From Convolutriloba macropyga (lineage: Eukaryota), in contig NC_134473.1 in NCBI RefSeq assembly GCF_964194025.1, positions 35,774,001 through 35,838,000 of the forward strand: a DNA stretch of 64,000 nucleotides, read 5' to 3'. The notes beneath the pieces are model-generated. The model was not told the DNA's origin. It made no database searches and saw only the letters and a list, made by a program, of their open reading frames with translations. The stretch's first letter is position 1. Every line of letters begins with the position of its first letter. The translations under genes and the position numbers were made by a program. Below are positions 13,624 to 26,563 of the stretch, piece by piece.

Positions 13624-13902
13624 CTAAACAGACGCAACAAATCATTTCAACCTCGATCAGGTATTAAATTTTGGATATATCCCGTTTATGACCCACCCCG
13701 TCCATCAGCTTAGTGGGTACATATTATTTACAACCTGATCTCACACGCAACATTAACATAGTAAAATTGTGTTGTATGACATTGTAATTGGGTGCGCATA
13801 CCGTATAACATAAGAAAAATTGCTATCGAATGACCGGTGGGGCAATTTAATACAGTGGTTGTAGCCTAGATTAATTTTTCTCTATGGGTGCGAAAATATC
13901 AG

Positions 13903-13982
13903 CCCAAGATAGGGTTCGAACCCCGACCTCCGCCGATTCCGTCACCTCAACCGCGGTATTAACAACTCGTCTACCAGGGCCT
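13903..13982 (-). repeat. tRNA-derived (Pol III box A/B) segment inside a dispersed repeat
   Basis: Minus strand GGCCCTGGTAGACGAGTTG...GGGGTTCGAACCC (B box); no full cloverleaf. Confidence 0.55.
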
Positions 13983-15155
13983 TGTAATCATCTCTCGGTT
14001 TTGTTTGAACGATAAACTTTATTTCGGAATGAAAGAAATTTCAATCACTCAAAAATCAAAAAGAACGGCGTAAAAGTCACTTGAGAAGTCAAGCAAAAAA
14101 TCTGCTTAAAAAACACAGCTGGTAGAATACCAGAAACAATTTGCGCGTCGTGTATTATAACCCCTATCCTAACCTCATCGAAATCAGAACTTCAAATTAG
14201 ACACGAGAAAAAAATAGCCGAATCAAAACACATTAAAAATGTTTTAGAAAATGCGGGCACAATTTTTCAGTTCAGGGGTGTGAGTAAGTGCTAAGGGAAA
14301 GTGTATGAGGGGGGTTGATCGGGGTGTAGATAGGTAGGTTAAGAGGTCTGTAGTTTAGATTAGTAGGGGGAGTAGTAAGAGGATCAAAAAATCTTAAAAA
14401 AATTACCTCTTCAAATTGAATATTGCCAGCATTTCCTAATAAATATACATTACAAACCAAGCTACTGTTAAAGTCCAGTGTTCGAAAATAGAAGTCAACA
14501 ATCAAAAACAGAGTTAAATGTTCGAAACAAAAATCAAAATTCAAGTCATGAACGAACTTGATCTAGCTAAATGAAATCTGTAGAATACCAATACTCCTCT
14601 TCGAGTCGTAAAAAGACGGACATGTCTACAATAATTTCTTCTCATTCGAGAGCAATTCATAACGAGCTCAGGATCAAAAACAGAAACGGAATTGGTAACA
14701 GTTAAGTTCATTTAATTATGTACGCATATGTGAGCTAAGTCCGTTTGAGATCTATGTCCCGACCTATAGAGTGACGAGAGGTTATATGCTAAATGTAGTT
14801 TATTTTCCTTAACTCAATTTCAGCCAAACAGCACATTTCACGTGGAAAATTTTGGGAAGCTATAGTTGCAAAGCGCGAGTGGTGTAACAATTTTGCAAAA
14901 TTATTCCACTGGAAGTTTTTAAATTTCTGAAGAGTTACCGACGATTTAAAGTTCAGTTTTTGTTTTTTAGCCGAGCAGAACAATTATAAACTTACTCTCA
15001 CAATAGAAAAAATAAACGCATTGAGTTTCATCATTTTCCAAATATACCATTTTCCAATGAAACGGCACACAGCTAAGTAACTTCCAACTAACATAAGACA
15101 CCATGATGCGTCCGTCCTGTGCTCAAAAAGTTTTGAGCAATTTTGTCGAAAATTG

Positions 15156-15312
15156 GGATCTATTCTGTTTCGCCCCCCATACTTTTTATGACCCCCAGTT
15201 ACAAATTATATGTTCTTATATAGCACGTCAATATGTAAGAAAATAGCACGTGAGTCTGGGGGTCATAAACAATTTTTGCTTACTAAGATGGGGGGCGAAA
15301 CAGAATAGATCC
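15156..15312. mobile_element. MITE with 25-bp TIR and 8-bp TSD (Merlin-like)
   Basis: Perfect TIR GGATCTATTCTGTTTCGCCCCCCAT / ATGGGGGGCGAAACAGAATAGATCC. TSD GAAAATTG/GAAAAATG. Second, inverted copy at 49615-49784. Confidence 0.85.
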
Positions 15313-16842
15313 GAAAAATGTATCACGTGATACAATTTTGTCCAAAATTGTATCACGTTTTTCATATTCAAGATCAATTTATCGGATGTTCAGCATTTTT
15401 AGTTCGCATATATTTAAGGCCTCGCCTAATTTGCTACTGAAATAATAATGATAGATAACCAGAAAATGTTTCCAGCTAAAGATTGTCTGTTGTTCCTCTC
15501 CACTAAGCATGTATTAGTATTTCTAATACTAGTTTTCCAATTCAAATATATAAGTTTACCAAAACTACAAAGAAAGCATTAAGTGTTAATGTTATCTTGA
15601 ATACTTTTTGCGTTTTACAATAATTCATTATTTTTAAGGTATTATGGCCCGCAATGATACTCAGTTAGTAAAAAGTTGAAAAAGATAATGCCATGAACAT
15701 AGCTTCAATGATCAATTTGAGATAATAAACACCCATTACAGAGCATATGCCATCACATTTAAATAATTACGAATAAATATGGCACCTGGGCTTCAGGGTG
15801 GAAATAGTATGCACCCACTAAGCTGGTGTTTGTGGGGACACAAACGGAAAAGATCTCATACAGAAATTGGTTTAACATCAAAATAAAAAATGGCAAAAAT
15901 TCTGGGCTTGCAAGAAATAGGGATTCATTTCCCTTCAATTACTGTGCTAAATTTTAAATCTGTTTGGTTTTTCAATGTTGCTGTTAACATTGCTTGAGAT
16001 ACCTCAGGATCATGCATAACTTCTATTTGACTACTTTCACTTAACGATGGCTGCTAGCTATTTATAAAGTTCTGTTTGAACAAATCTTAAAAAATTAAGG
16101 TAAAGTAAAATTGTTGCTTTGGGCCCCTTATTATGCTTTACAATACCATTATTACACTAGTTTATAGAATTAAAAACAAGGGTTTCAGCTGATAATATGT
16201 CTTCAGCTACTTCTAACGAAGTTTCTATTGATCGGAAAGACAAAGGCAGGACAACTGTCAAAACATACTAGAGCTCTTCTATTTTAGCACGTATTTGTTG
16301 TAAGCAGTTTTTGCTAATTTTTTTTACTTTTTTTACTAACTGGTGCAAATTGTATGTTTTAAAGAATTAAATTCCATTGATATCGCAGGCAGCATACATT
16401 TTTTGAAAACTATTTTGCCGGAATTTGTTTGTCACCATTTGTTCTTTTTGGAAATATTTTGATACTTAACAGATCCTAGTTTAACTTTGTTTTTGATTGT
16501 GTTTAAACTTACCTTGTATTCCAACATTTGGCATCTCCATTAACTGGCCTTATTCTTTTACCCCGTTTTTTTCCTTGTCCCGCCTAAGTGGTAAGCAATA
16601 CGGTTTTGTATATTTATACTTTTGTGCTAGATGTTCATATTGATGATCAATTACACAAGATCGAATTATAACTTCTAAGAAGTTCAGCAAAATTTGAGAC
16701 AATTGTGCGATGGCTGTTGGTTAGTAACGCATAATCAGATTTTTTCCCAATGATCAAAGAATTGTTGATACCTAAAGTGTTCACACCAGCTTCTGAATTC
16801 AAAACTTTGTTCAGGCAGGGCAGTTTTGGAGAGAATACTTAC

Positions 16843-17406
16843 GGGGAAGTATTGCTGAGCGCCAGCAGCTACTTTAGCCTGCAGTTCTTTGATGAGTTGC
16901 TTCTTTTTCTTGCTCTCTTTCTTCATCTCAACTATTTCAGTATCTTGTTTCTCACTTTTGGAGCTTAACGTTGAATTCAACTGCTGCAACTTTCTGTTCT
17001 TTATCTCCAAGAAGTTGATCGTTTCTGTCAGGTACTCTTGCGAGTGTAAAAGGTATTCGGATATCAACTGTGACAGTTTGAAAAGTTTTACTAAATTCTG
17101 ATCAACCCCATATCGCCAATCAACTTCAGAATCGATATTGCAAAATGTAACATGAAGTAAATTCTGTTGCAAACATCCAAAATCAGTTTCCTCAGTAACT
17201 CGATCAATATCAACTCCAGCTAGAAGTCGCCAATTTATAGATTCGGTACGCCTGCGGAACTTTAACCCGGCTGTCCTCGGGGGGTTCGGGAACTGAGACC
17301 CGGTCATACCGTTGTGACGAAAACTGCTGTTTGGGTAAGTCTGCTGGGCGTAATTAGCCCTTGAGAATGGTGTAAAAGGGCTTTGTAATATGTCAGAACT
17401 ATCCAT
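16843..17406 (-). CDS. DZIP1: DZIP1/DZIP1L (Iguana)-like exon 1, Dzip-like N-terminal domain
   Basis: FRRRTESINWRLLAGVDIDRV...DFGCLQQNLLHVTFCNI...LVKLFKLSQLISEYLLHSQEYL is the Dzip-like_N signature. Donor TTC CCC|gtaagt at 16842. Confidence 0.92.
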
Positions 17407-18039
17407 AGTAAACAGAAAAACGCCTCTTTTTCAACAATTGTTGATAAGAGTTATTTTGTCCTAAAAGTTATCGTCGTAATCAATTTATTACCACTAACTA
17501 ACAATAATTTTTAATTGCACATATTGCGGTTTAAAATACAAACACAATGCATTCGTTGAGCTGGCGCATTGAAAACAAATAATGGTAGTCTCTTTTGGCA
17601 GTACATTTTATTTTTGTACAAAAACGTACATGAATGCATTTTCACAGCATATATTCTTTACGATGATTTAAGTCAAAACAGGCATTCAGATTTTTTTCAA
17701 TAGAAGCAGTGTTTAATATAAAACAAAAAGGTGAGATAGATATTACAACTCCAAAACGTACCATTCAAATATATTCTTAACATATTGTGCAGTTATAAGC
17801 GTATGAAGGTGCGTTTGATATTTAATTTCTTATTCTTAAATGGATGCATCTGTTATTTTGCACGTGATCAGATAAAAAATAACAGGAACAAAGATGGAAA
17901 AACAGCCATCAGCAAAATAGGTAGCAGTTGTAAAATTATTTTCTTTTTTCGGTAATAACAGATTCCATGTTCCATTTAAAACGTCTTGCAATCCCATTTT
18001 CCTAATTCTACAATAAGTTCCGATAATTAATCGTGAAAC

Positions 18040-18154
18040 GGGTCTTTCCCATTATAGCCCCATTATGGTATATTTACCATGATTTGGGGGGGGGAGAGAC
18101 TATAGGTTATCTGATCACTAAGCTCGGGGGAGGGGGCTATAATGGGGAATACCC
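18040..18154. mobile_element. MITE with 22-bp TIR and 8-bp TSD (second Merlin-like family)
   Basis: TIR GGGTCTTTCCCATTATAGCCCC / GGGGCTATAATGGGGAATACCC (2 mismatches). TSD CGTGAAAC/CATGAAAC. Confidence 0.75.
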
Positions 18155-20591
18155 CATGAAACTAATTGAAATTAAACGAACACCTGCATTCGGATTACAA
18201 TTTTCGGATTACGATGAATTGAAGAACGTTTCTAGCGTTAGTGAACACGACAAATTAATTAGTGACTAACTTCTTCACACTCCCTTCCCTCCGCTAAATT
18301 ACGATTACCTATCATTGGTTTTTTGCACCCCTAAATTGGTGCAAAATAAGTGCCCCGCGCATCCGTAGCCTTCTTATCCTATACAAGCCATACTTAGAGA
18401 AAAAAAAACACTATTTTGCGCAGAGGCTAACACGGAAAAATGAAAAATATAAGAGGGGTCAGTGAGACCGTTCTGGGCTGAAAACTAATGACTAGTAGAG
18501 GCCTCGATTTATAAGTAATGAAGAGGGCCTCGAGTAGCTTAAGCTTAATTGAAATGGGCGTGGGTGAGCGGCGGGTGGCTCGGGAGCAGGGAGCGATGTG
18601 CAGGGGTGATGAGCAGGGAGCATCTCTTACGATGTGCAGGGGTGGCGATTGGGGTATGAAGCAGGGGGGGGGGGGCTGAATTATGAACATTGAAAATTAA
18701 CGAACAAAAATTAGTTGTCTAACAACCTATAGAAAGTGTTGACAAAAATGCAGACAAAATTTTCAGTTTAGGGCTGAGCGACGGTTAGGGAGGGAGGGGT
18801 AGTTGGTTGATCGGGCGGGAGGTAATGGGGGATGCTTGGTGTGTGGGGGCTGGGGTCAGGTTGGGTCTTTTTTAGGGACGAGATTGGGGGGAGGTAGGTT
18901 GGGGAGCTCTGTTGTTTGAATTGGGTGGTTGTACTGTTATGAGAATAAAACTTCTCATAACGACCTTTAGACATTGAATATTACTGAATGTTTGAGAACA
19001 ATTGAAGAGACTGCCCTCGACCGATATTTTGTATTAAAATAATTTTGCTGGACCTTATTTATTGTCCCAGACTTAGTGAAGATTGGAACTAGGAGGCAGA
19101 GGCGTTTACAAAGTTCAAATGTTACTGCTGTCCATCGGGTTAGGAGCCATTAGAGGACTTGACCTAAAACTGAATTTATTTTCATTGCCTCTAGCCTTTA
19201 AAAAATAATAATTGCATTTCCATTGTTTGACTATAATGCTAAACACTTGTATATTGCTAAACAAGAGTGAAAAAACTGTAAACACTGACACTTTTTGGGA
19301 ATGAGGAAATATACTATCAAGAGTGGGGATAGCTTACTTCGAAAACTTTCTAACGGCAAAACTCAACGCGTCGTTGAACTAACTATTAAGCCCAAAACCC
19401 AGAAAGCTCACGTAAACACAATTTTTTCATGAAGCACCAATTGCTGTACTATTGGCATCAAAAAGGCATGACCAATTCAAACTTTCTGAATTGAACAGTA
19501 GGATGCTTAGAGAGCTGTTCAAAACAATTTTTGGGCCGGTTGAGATCATTATGAAGTCGGCCATTAAAACTGTTTTGCTAGTGGAAAGATCGTGGTATTA
19601 TCCCCACACGTTTGCGATTTCTCGATGCTAATAGCTTAGACAAAACTCTCTACTGGCCGAATTCGCGCTTAATGTGAAGTTAGTATTCGCATTTGTTGTA
19701 ATAACCAAAAAATGGGTACAGTCGGCTTATTTAATTTCAACTTTAATTCTATTTTAAATGCGGTATAACTTTACCAGGCAACTTTCTAAAGCAACGCTGG
19801 CAGAGTTTCCAAATTGGCGGATATTTCTCCTGTCTCACTAATTAAGACAATTATTAGATGTTTTCCACAGTCGCCTTCCCTAATCCAACGATATGCTTAA
19901 TAGAATTTAACAAAATAGCTTAATAGATTAAGTAAGCATTCTATTGACCAATTAGAACTAATCTGAATCAGAGGCTTATGTGGAATTCTTGAGTATTATG
20001 TAACATAACTGTGAATACAGTTCAGAAGGAGAGCCAATTCTCTACTAAGTACCAAAGAGGAAGCCATTATTGAAAAGATTTCCAGTCTTTCGAATTTTAT
20101 TTCATGCCTTCGTGAATTCAAACCAATTTCCATTTACTTTCACCACATGTGGAAGGTGGCCTGGCAGAATTTTAGTGGGTACCGCTTTCACTCCGTATCA
20201 TTACCATAATCGCTTAAATCAGGCGGAAACAGCAAAAATAGTCAGTGTAGAACTTTGCAAAGTTGAAAACAGGGGAAAGTAATTTCCAGTTTTCAAAACT
20301 ACGTACTACGCAAAAAATGATATGGCAACAATTTTCGAATGCAGATGAAGGCACCAAAGTATTATAAGATGATGGTGGAACCCATTATCAAAATGGGTAA
20401 ATGTTCTCATAGGTTCGGTGCCCCGTAGTCATTTTATTACAGGTTTATGTAGTATGCAATCGAAATGAAAATGTTTGCTTGGCATACAAAAACAGATCCT
20501 CTTAGCTTGATATTTTGGTTTGCTAATAAAAAAATCTGCTGATAAATATTTAATTTACAATAAATCGCATTTAATCACAACTAGATCTCTG

Positions 20592-20827
20592 CTAATAAAA
20601 ACCAGGAGCACCGAAATTGTTCTTTTTAGCTGCCATTGCCTTTCTGTTATGAGGCGTTTGAGTTTTAGTCTGTGGTTGATCACTGTCTTTCTTCACAGCA
20701 CCTCTACCTCTGCCGAAAGGCTTCTTAAAACTGCCTCTGGGGCTTTCATCATTCGAGGGTCTCGAATCGTCGTCTCTGCTGCCACCAGCCGGTTGAGGTT
20801 GAGTCCCAGAGTTGCCAAATGACCTTC
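20592..20827 (-). CDS. ASCC2: ASCC2 terminal coding exon
   Basis: gttttcag|GA AGG TCA TTT (phase 1, matches the donor after 23719). Ends HNRKAMAAKKNNFGAPGFY*, matching the conserved ASCC2 C-terminal HNRR..A.RK motif. Confidence 0.85.
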
Positions 20828-21630
20828 CTGAAAACATCAATCAATCAATCGTTTTAGAGCGTTCGTTTCTTCTACTTGCTAATAAATTCACACCAATTTA
20901 GTGAATTTTAAAAAAAATGTAAAAGGTTTTTTGGAAGGTTTAGTCAATTCGGTTTCCTCAACAATCCACCAAGCACATTGGGGATAATCATAAGCAACCT
21001 TAATCATTAGTTCCATTTAACTTCCATTCGTGTAGCGCAAACAGACGAAATTTATTCTGTATTTTCCGTTCATTCAAAGGTGTGACTTATTGGCCGCTTG
21101 AAGAGCCAAGACAATATCCAATCACACAAAATAGTTTGTTGAGCTCTAATGTTAGCAACTCCTCCTTTGATCAGAAAACTCAAAATAGCGGTCTTAAATA
21201 GCACAAAAAAATTACAGGCCATTAGAGGATTATCGAAGTTACAATGCTAACATAATTGAAAGTGGGTGCGAAATTACAAAAAATTCTGAATTCTGGTGGA
21301 AATTACTAATTACTGAATCTGTGGGAATTATAGCACCATCAATAGAACATTAACTGCTGTCAAAAATAATTCAACGGAGAAAACTAATTTAACAGAAAAG
21401 ATCAGATGGAATATGTAGGTTTTCTATCGGCTAAATTCATTCCATCCACACAATATTCATTCAACTCTGGCGGAATCCAAAGGCCTTCTTATGGCTAATA
21501 AAAGTTATCAGAGATCAAATTTTAAAAAGCCATCAAAGAGAATTATCAGTCATTGCGCAATTTAGGATAATGTAAAATTAGATCTGATTAAATTTAGCAG
21601 ACTAACTTTGGAAGAATATCTCTCGAACGA

Positions 21631-22260
21631 CTAATGGGAGCTCGAATCTACCGCAGCCTGCTTCACTCGGGGGATAACTACATTCACTAAGGAGGCTTCA
21701 AATGAAGTCATCAGAGGTTATTATGCACCACTATAACCACAAACAAAATTAGAAGCCAAAAAACGACACGAATTTCGGCGCACTTTTCATTTGAATTTTA
21801 GTAGTAAACCTCAACACTTGACTTCCGCTGGCGAAACTTGTTAATGAGAGACAAAACCAGATCACGCAAAACAAAAAAATCAAGGGCGTAAAAGTCAGTA
21901 TAAATTTTGCATTTTGCATGAAAACTACAGTAATATACTAATGGGAGCTCGAATCTACCGCAGCCTGCTTCATTCGGGGAGGGGGTAACTAAATTCACTA
22001 AGGATGCTTCAAATGAAGTCATCAGAGGTTATTATATACCACTATAAGCGAATATCATTATATACCACTATTAAGCTATTATTTGAAGCGAAAAAACGAC
22101 ACCAATTTTGGCGCACCATTCATTTGAATTTTGATGGTGAACTGCCAAAACTTGACTTCAGCTGCCAAAACTTGTGAATGAGAGACAAAATCAGATCACG
22201 CAAAACGAAAAAGACAGGGCGTAAAAGTCATTACAAATTTTGCATTTTGCATAAAAACTA
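21631..22260. repeat. ~307-bp tandem duplication inside a family-1 Helentron-like element
   Basis: CTAATGGGAGCTCGAATCTACCGCAGCCTGCTTCA at 21631 and 21938, with collinear downstream sequence. Confidence 0.8.
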
Positions 22261-23398
22261 GTAAAATAATTTTTGAAAATTAAAAACTGGTAGATGCCGA
22301 AAACGACACGAAGAGTCGTGCAATAAAAACCCTTAACTGACCTTACCTATTTCAGTAATATCAAAAACAAAAGGAAAAAGCAATATAGTTAGAAACAATC
22401 AACCGTTATTTCAGAATGTGGGTAGGTGGGCTAAGTATGTTGGGTGACGGGGAGTGGAAAGGTAGGCGAGGTGTAGACAGCGGGCAGATAGGTAGGTGGT
22501 TAGGGGGTAGGTGGGTAGGGGATTGGTGGATAGGGGGTTGGCGTGTGTGTATGTGGGGGGGGGGGGGTAAGGACGTGCAACGGGTTGATGAGGGGTAGAT
22601 AGTGGGTTAAAGGTATGGGGGCAATTGACTTGATAGTTAGGTGATTGATCTGTAGTTTAGACAGCTACATGGGACATTCATGGGATCCAAATTCTGGAAG
22701 TGACTTTTTCGCCATGAATAATACCAGCAAATCCTAATTACTTTACACAACAAATTTGGCTTCTGTTAAAGTCCAAAGTTAGAAAACAGAAGTCAACGTT
22801 CAAACACAGTTAAATCTCTGAAAAGAAAGAGATAATGAACAAATCAGCTGAAAAAAACCTGTCTAATATAAATAATCCTCTTCGACTCGTAAACAAGACC
22901 AACACGTTTCATGCATTTCACTTATGGACACAGCTTGAGCTAATCGGTTAGAACCTGTGGATAAGAGTACAGTCTGAAAATTCTATTCTCAGGAAATAGG
23001 GCAGTTTTTTTCAAAACTGTTTCAGATAGTACAAACCAAATTTCAAAAGCCAGTCCTTTACATCTCAGAAATTTGCAAAAATTCATGCTATCTACGGCTA
23101 CCTGAGCTGTATACGATCTTATTAGCGAAACAGCTGTGCTGCTCAATTCCTCGATTGGAGTGAACAATTAATCACAAAACAGATATCACAGAACAAAAAC
23201 CAAAGCAAAAAATTATTGGCCAATGTCAAGTTCAATTTCAAACTTTTCAGAACCACCATTCATACCATGAATTTGTCTCCTCAACAGTTTCTGAGAATCG
23301 CATACTAAGAGACTAGTAAGAGGCAACGTTGCTCAGCAACTTAATGCACTACGGGCTTTACTTGTTTATCCCGTTTCTGAGGTCAAAAAGTTAAATGG

Positions 23399-23521
23399 TC
23401 AGACGAAAAAACGATCAGACGAAAAAACGATCAGACGAAAAAACGATCAGACGAAAAAACGATCAGACGAAAAAACGATCAGACGAAAAAACCATCACAC
23501 GAAAAAACGATCAGACGAAAA
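23399..23521. repeat. 16-bp minisatellite (TCAGACGAAAAAACGA)x~7.5
   Basis: Head-to-tail units, no spacers. The unit resembles the GGTCAGACGAAAAATCG core motif of family-1 elements. Confidence 0.95.
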
Positions 23522-23718
23522 GTTGGTAGTACCAAAAACATCAGAACTAAGAATTGCTACGAACTTCGGTTGAGAGCAATTTAAAAATGCATGAGAACTA
23601 TATCACAATTTTTCTTATCCGTGCGCACACATAAAGACACATTATACTTAGGGAAATTAACTTAAAACTGCTCACAGAAGCTCAGTGTTCCGCTCAAGAG
23701 TGTTAACTCTGCCCCTAC

Positions 23719-26095
23719 CTGAATCTTGGTTGTCATTCCTTCCTTTTGTATTCCGATGGAACTCCTTTCTGTTTCCCGAATCCCAATGAGAAGATCCACC
23801 TCCACTGCTATCATAGAATCCTCTATTGGCCTGTGAAGTTCTCTGCTTTGGTCTAGCACCCCCAGAAGTGTTTCTGTTCTCGTTATTTATATGTTCAGGT
23901 GGATGTCTTTCGACACGTCCGCCTCCACCATCATTTTGTCCCACTTCATCGTCTAAAATTCCGCCTCCAGTATGTCTATGACTTTTCTTACTCTTTGGTT
24001 GATTAGCAAATGATTCACGAGACGGCGATTGAGAATCAACACCACTCTGTGGCTCAAATTTCCTGCCGTATTTTGATCTACTTTTAGAAGGCTCAAATTT
24101 TTGACCGTCAGAATTTTGATTACTGTTACCACGGAATGCTCCAGCCCGATTCGGTTGATTCGGATACCCATTTGCCTGACTCGGTTCCGGCTGCTCTTGA
24201 TTTTCATCATCATCGTTCTCATCATCTTCAACTTGCCAATCAGCAACTTTAGCTCCAACTCCAGTTTTCCAGCTACTGGTGCCCCAATTAGGGTTTTGAA
24301 CTTGAAACCCTATCTCACGATTCTCAAAAGAGTCGGCGACTCGAACGGAATTATCGTACGTGTCGTCGTACTCGTCTTCGTATTCAAATTCATTCACGTT
24401 TTCTGCATCCCGAATATCAGCTATCAAAACGTTTCTCGCATTTGCGCTTGTCGATTGATATGATTCGAATTCAGTATCAGCGTCGAAATCATTCACAAAA
24501 CCGTACTTGGAAACAATGTCATTTTTCATATCGGAAGAGAAATCGGCTTTAGATTTTGTTCCGGGCTTATTTCGATCGCCTTTCAAACCTTCTTCGGTTT
24601 CTTGCTTAGACTTCCTCAAGTCAGATAAAGTGATACCTTCTGGTAAATTACAGTTGTTCTCAAAAAGGTCATTTATGGTAAGGTCAATTGATAAATTTCT
24701 TCTCTCCAGATAATACTCGATAATTAGATCATCAACATCGCTGATGATCTCTTTAACTTGTAACAATGCTTCTTTCATTTTATTATCACTCCCATACATG
24801 TCAGAAACGTTATAGGAGGTAGATGTTTGTGGATCGCTTCCGCTTTGACTAGAGGGCATTTGGAACACTGGCAAGTCATCATTTAGTTTGTTCTCAAGCA
24901 CAATAAAAGTTGACATGTCTAGCTTGCCTTTATTCTCTTTCTTAGATGAAAAAATAGTTAATTGTGCAATGCTGTCATGAAGCGTCGTATCAATATCAAA
25001 ACAATTTCGAGTCCAATTTTGCTCAACAAGTTTTGTCAGAAATTCCACACAATCCAACCAAGAATCTTTAGTCAGACTGGGCAACAAAAATTTCTCAATC
25101 ACTAATTTTATTAGAGATATCACATTAGAAGCTGAAATTTTCAAATTCTGCATTAAACCTGATCTGATTTCGACATCTTCAACTTGCAGAACCGTCCATG
25201 TCAAAGCCTTCAGAACGTTTTCCACAAACTCTAGCAACCGATCCAGGATATTTCCCGGGTCATAAAACAGAAACTCGACAACTTTAGGAACTGAGTCCGC
25301 AAATGCGTACAGGTTGGAGGTCAAATCAAGACACAAACTTGACAATTTGTAAATGGTGAACAAATCAAGCCCAGCTGCCGGGTTCAACTCTAGAGATAGT
25401 TCACTCATGTCAATGATAGTCAAACCACATGCCCGCTTAACGGAATTCATTGTTTTAATAATTCCCTCTGAGTACATCTGAAATCTTGCTCGAAAATCTG
25501 ATTCATTTTGCTTGATAATGTTTTCACATAACTTGGAAAGCAATGGAGATTGCTGATAGTATATACTGCAAAAATTAGACATTTCAATCGCGTCAAACCA
25601 TTTCGACTGGCAGTGCAGTCTTCCAAAATATTCAGGACTCATAAAACCTTCATTCGACTCTTTATATGTTGAAAGCCTTAGACAAACCAAGAACACTTTC
25701 TGCTTCAAAACCGTCTGTTTTTTCGCAACTTCTTCATTCACTTCTGTGTCTTGCTCCCAACATTTTGCAAAATTCGTTAAGAACGATTTGAGAAAAACTT
25801 TGAACGTTGAATCAAAGACAACTTGAGACCAGAATTTATGGTGTGGTAGTCTTAGCAGGGATTCAACATCGCTAATCATGGAATCTAGCCTCTGTCCAAA
25901 CTGCTCCGAAGCCATGAACTCTATCTCTTTTGCATTAGGCGAGCAGTAAGTCAGAAAGTTTAGGCTACACATCCAATCCGCATGCAATGCTGGCTTTTTT
26001 GACCCGTTGCTAGGGAGAGATATTTGACGTTTCTCCAAAGGGAAGATTGGCAAACAAACTGAGAGGGAAGAACTCATTAAGGGATCATTGGACAT
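23719..26095 (-). CDS. ASCC2: Activating signal cointegrator 1 complex subunit 2 (CUE domain), large first coding exon
   Basis: LLRLPHHKFWSQVVFD, VFLVCLRLSTYKES..FMSPEYFG, CUE-like LLQVKEIISDV...TINDLFE and EYEDEYDDTYD motifs. Donor TCA G|gtaggg; joined CDS = 870 aa. Confidence 0.9.
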
Positions 26096-26163
26096 TGTTA
26101 ACCTGAAAAGATATAGTGACTCTCTAATTGTAAAATAACTGACAGTTTCCTTCGAGGTATAGC

Positions 26164-26177
26164 GTATCTATGGCAAC
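26164..26177. promoter_or_regulatory. Candidate RFX X-box
   Basis: GTATCTATGGCAAC fits GTHNYY-AT-RRNAAC, 70 bp upstream of the ASCC2 ATG. Probably within a 5'-UTR intron (acceptor cttttcag at ~26103). Confidence 0.45.
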
Positions 26178-26417
26178 TCTCCTGCTTTTGCTTAGTTCCT
26201 CTGTAAGATGCTATTCCGGCACTGTGACTATGCGCTTAGTTATTAGGACACTAAGTTATCGGTGCAGATACCTTCGAAAGCGAGTCATGTAAACTTTCGG
26301 TTTCATACAAGTTTTATCGAAGCAATTGAACTAAAGTACGCAGGGATAAGAAAGTAAACGTCAATATATCAGGCAGATGACATTTACAAAAAAATTTTCA
26401 GCCCTCAAAATACAAGC

Positions 26418-26563
26418 ATTGTCATAGTAACTTTCACATTTAACATAGTAACTTTCACATTTACCCTAGTAACTTTCACATTTACCATAGTAACTTTCAC
26501 ATTTACCCTAGTAACTTTCACATTTACCATAGTAACTTTCACATTTACCATAGTAACTTTCAC
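26418..26563. repeat. 21-bp minisatellite (TTTCACATTTACCATAGTAAC)x~7
   Basis: Direct tandem units with period 21, each carrying an X-box-like 14-mer. Confidence 0.95.

Noticed and set aside
23399-23521. CRISPR-like array
   Set aside because: Head-to-tail 16-bp units without spacers, no cas genes, eukaryotic context; the same applies to 26418-26563.
23672-23718. C-terminus of the 807-aa ORF as the true ASCC2 end
   Set aside because: A phase-compatible donor at 23718 joins the exon at 20827, which holds the conserved HNR..A..K terminus; the ORF tail is probably intron read-through.
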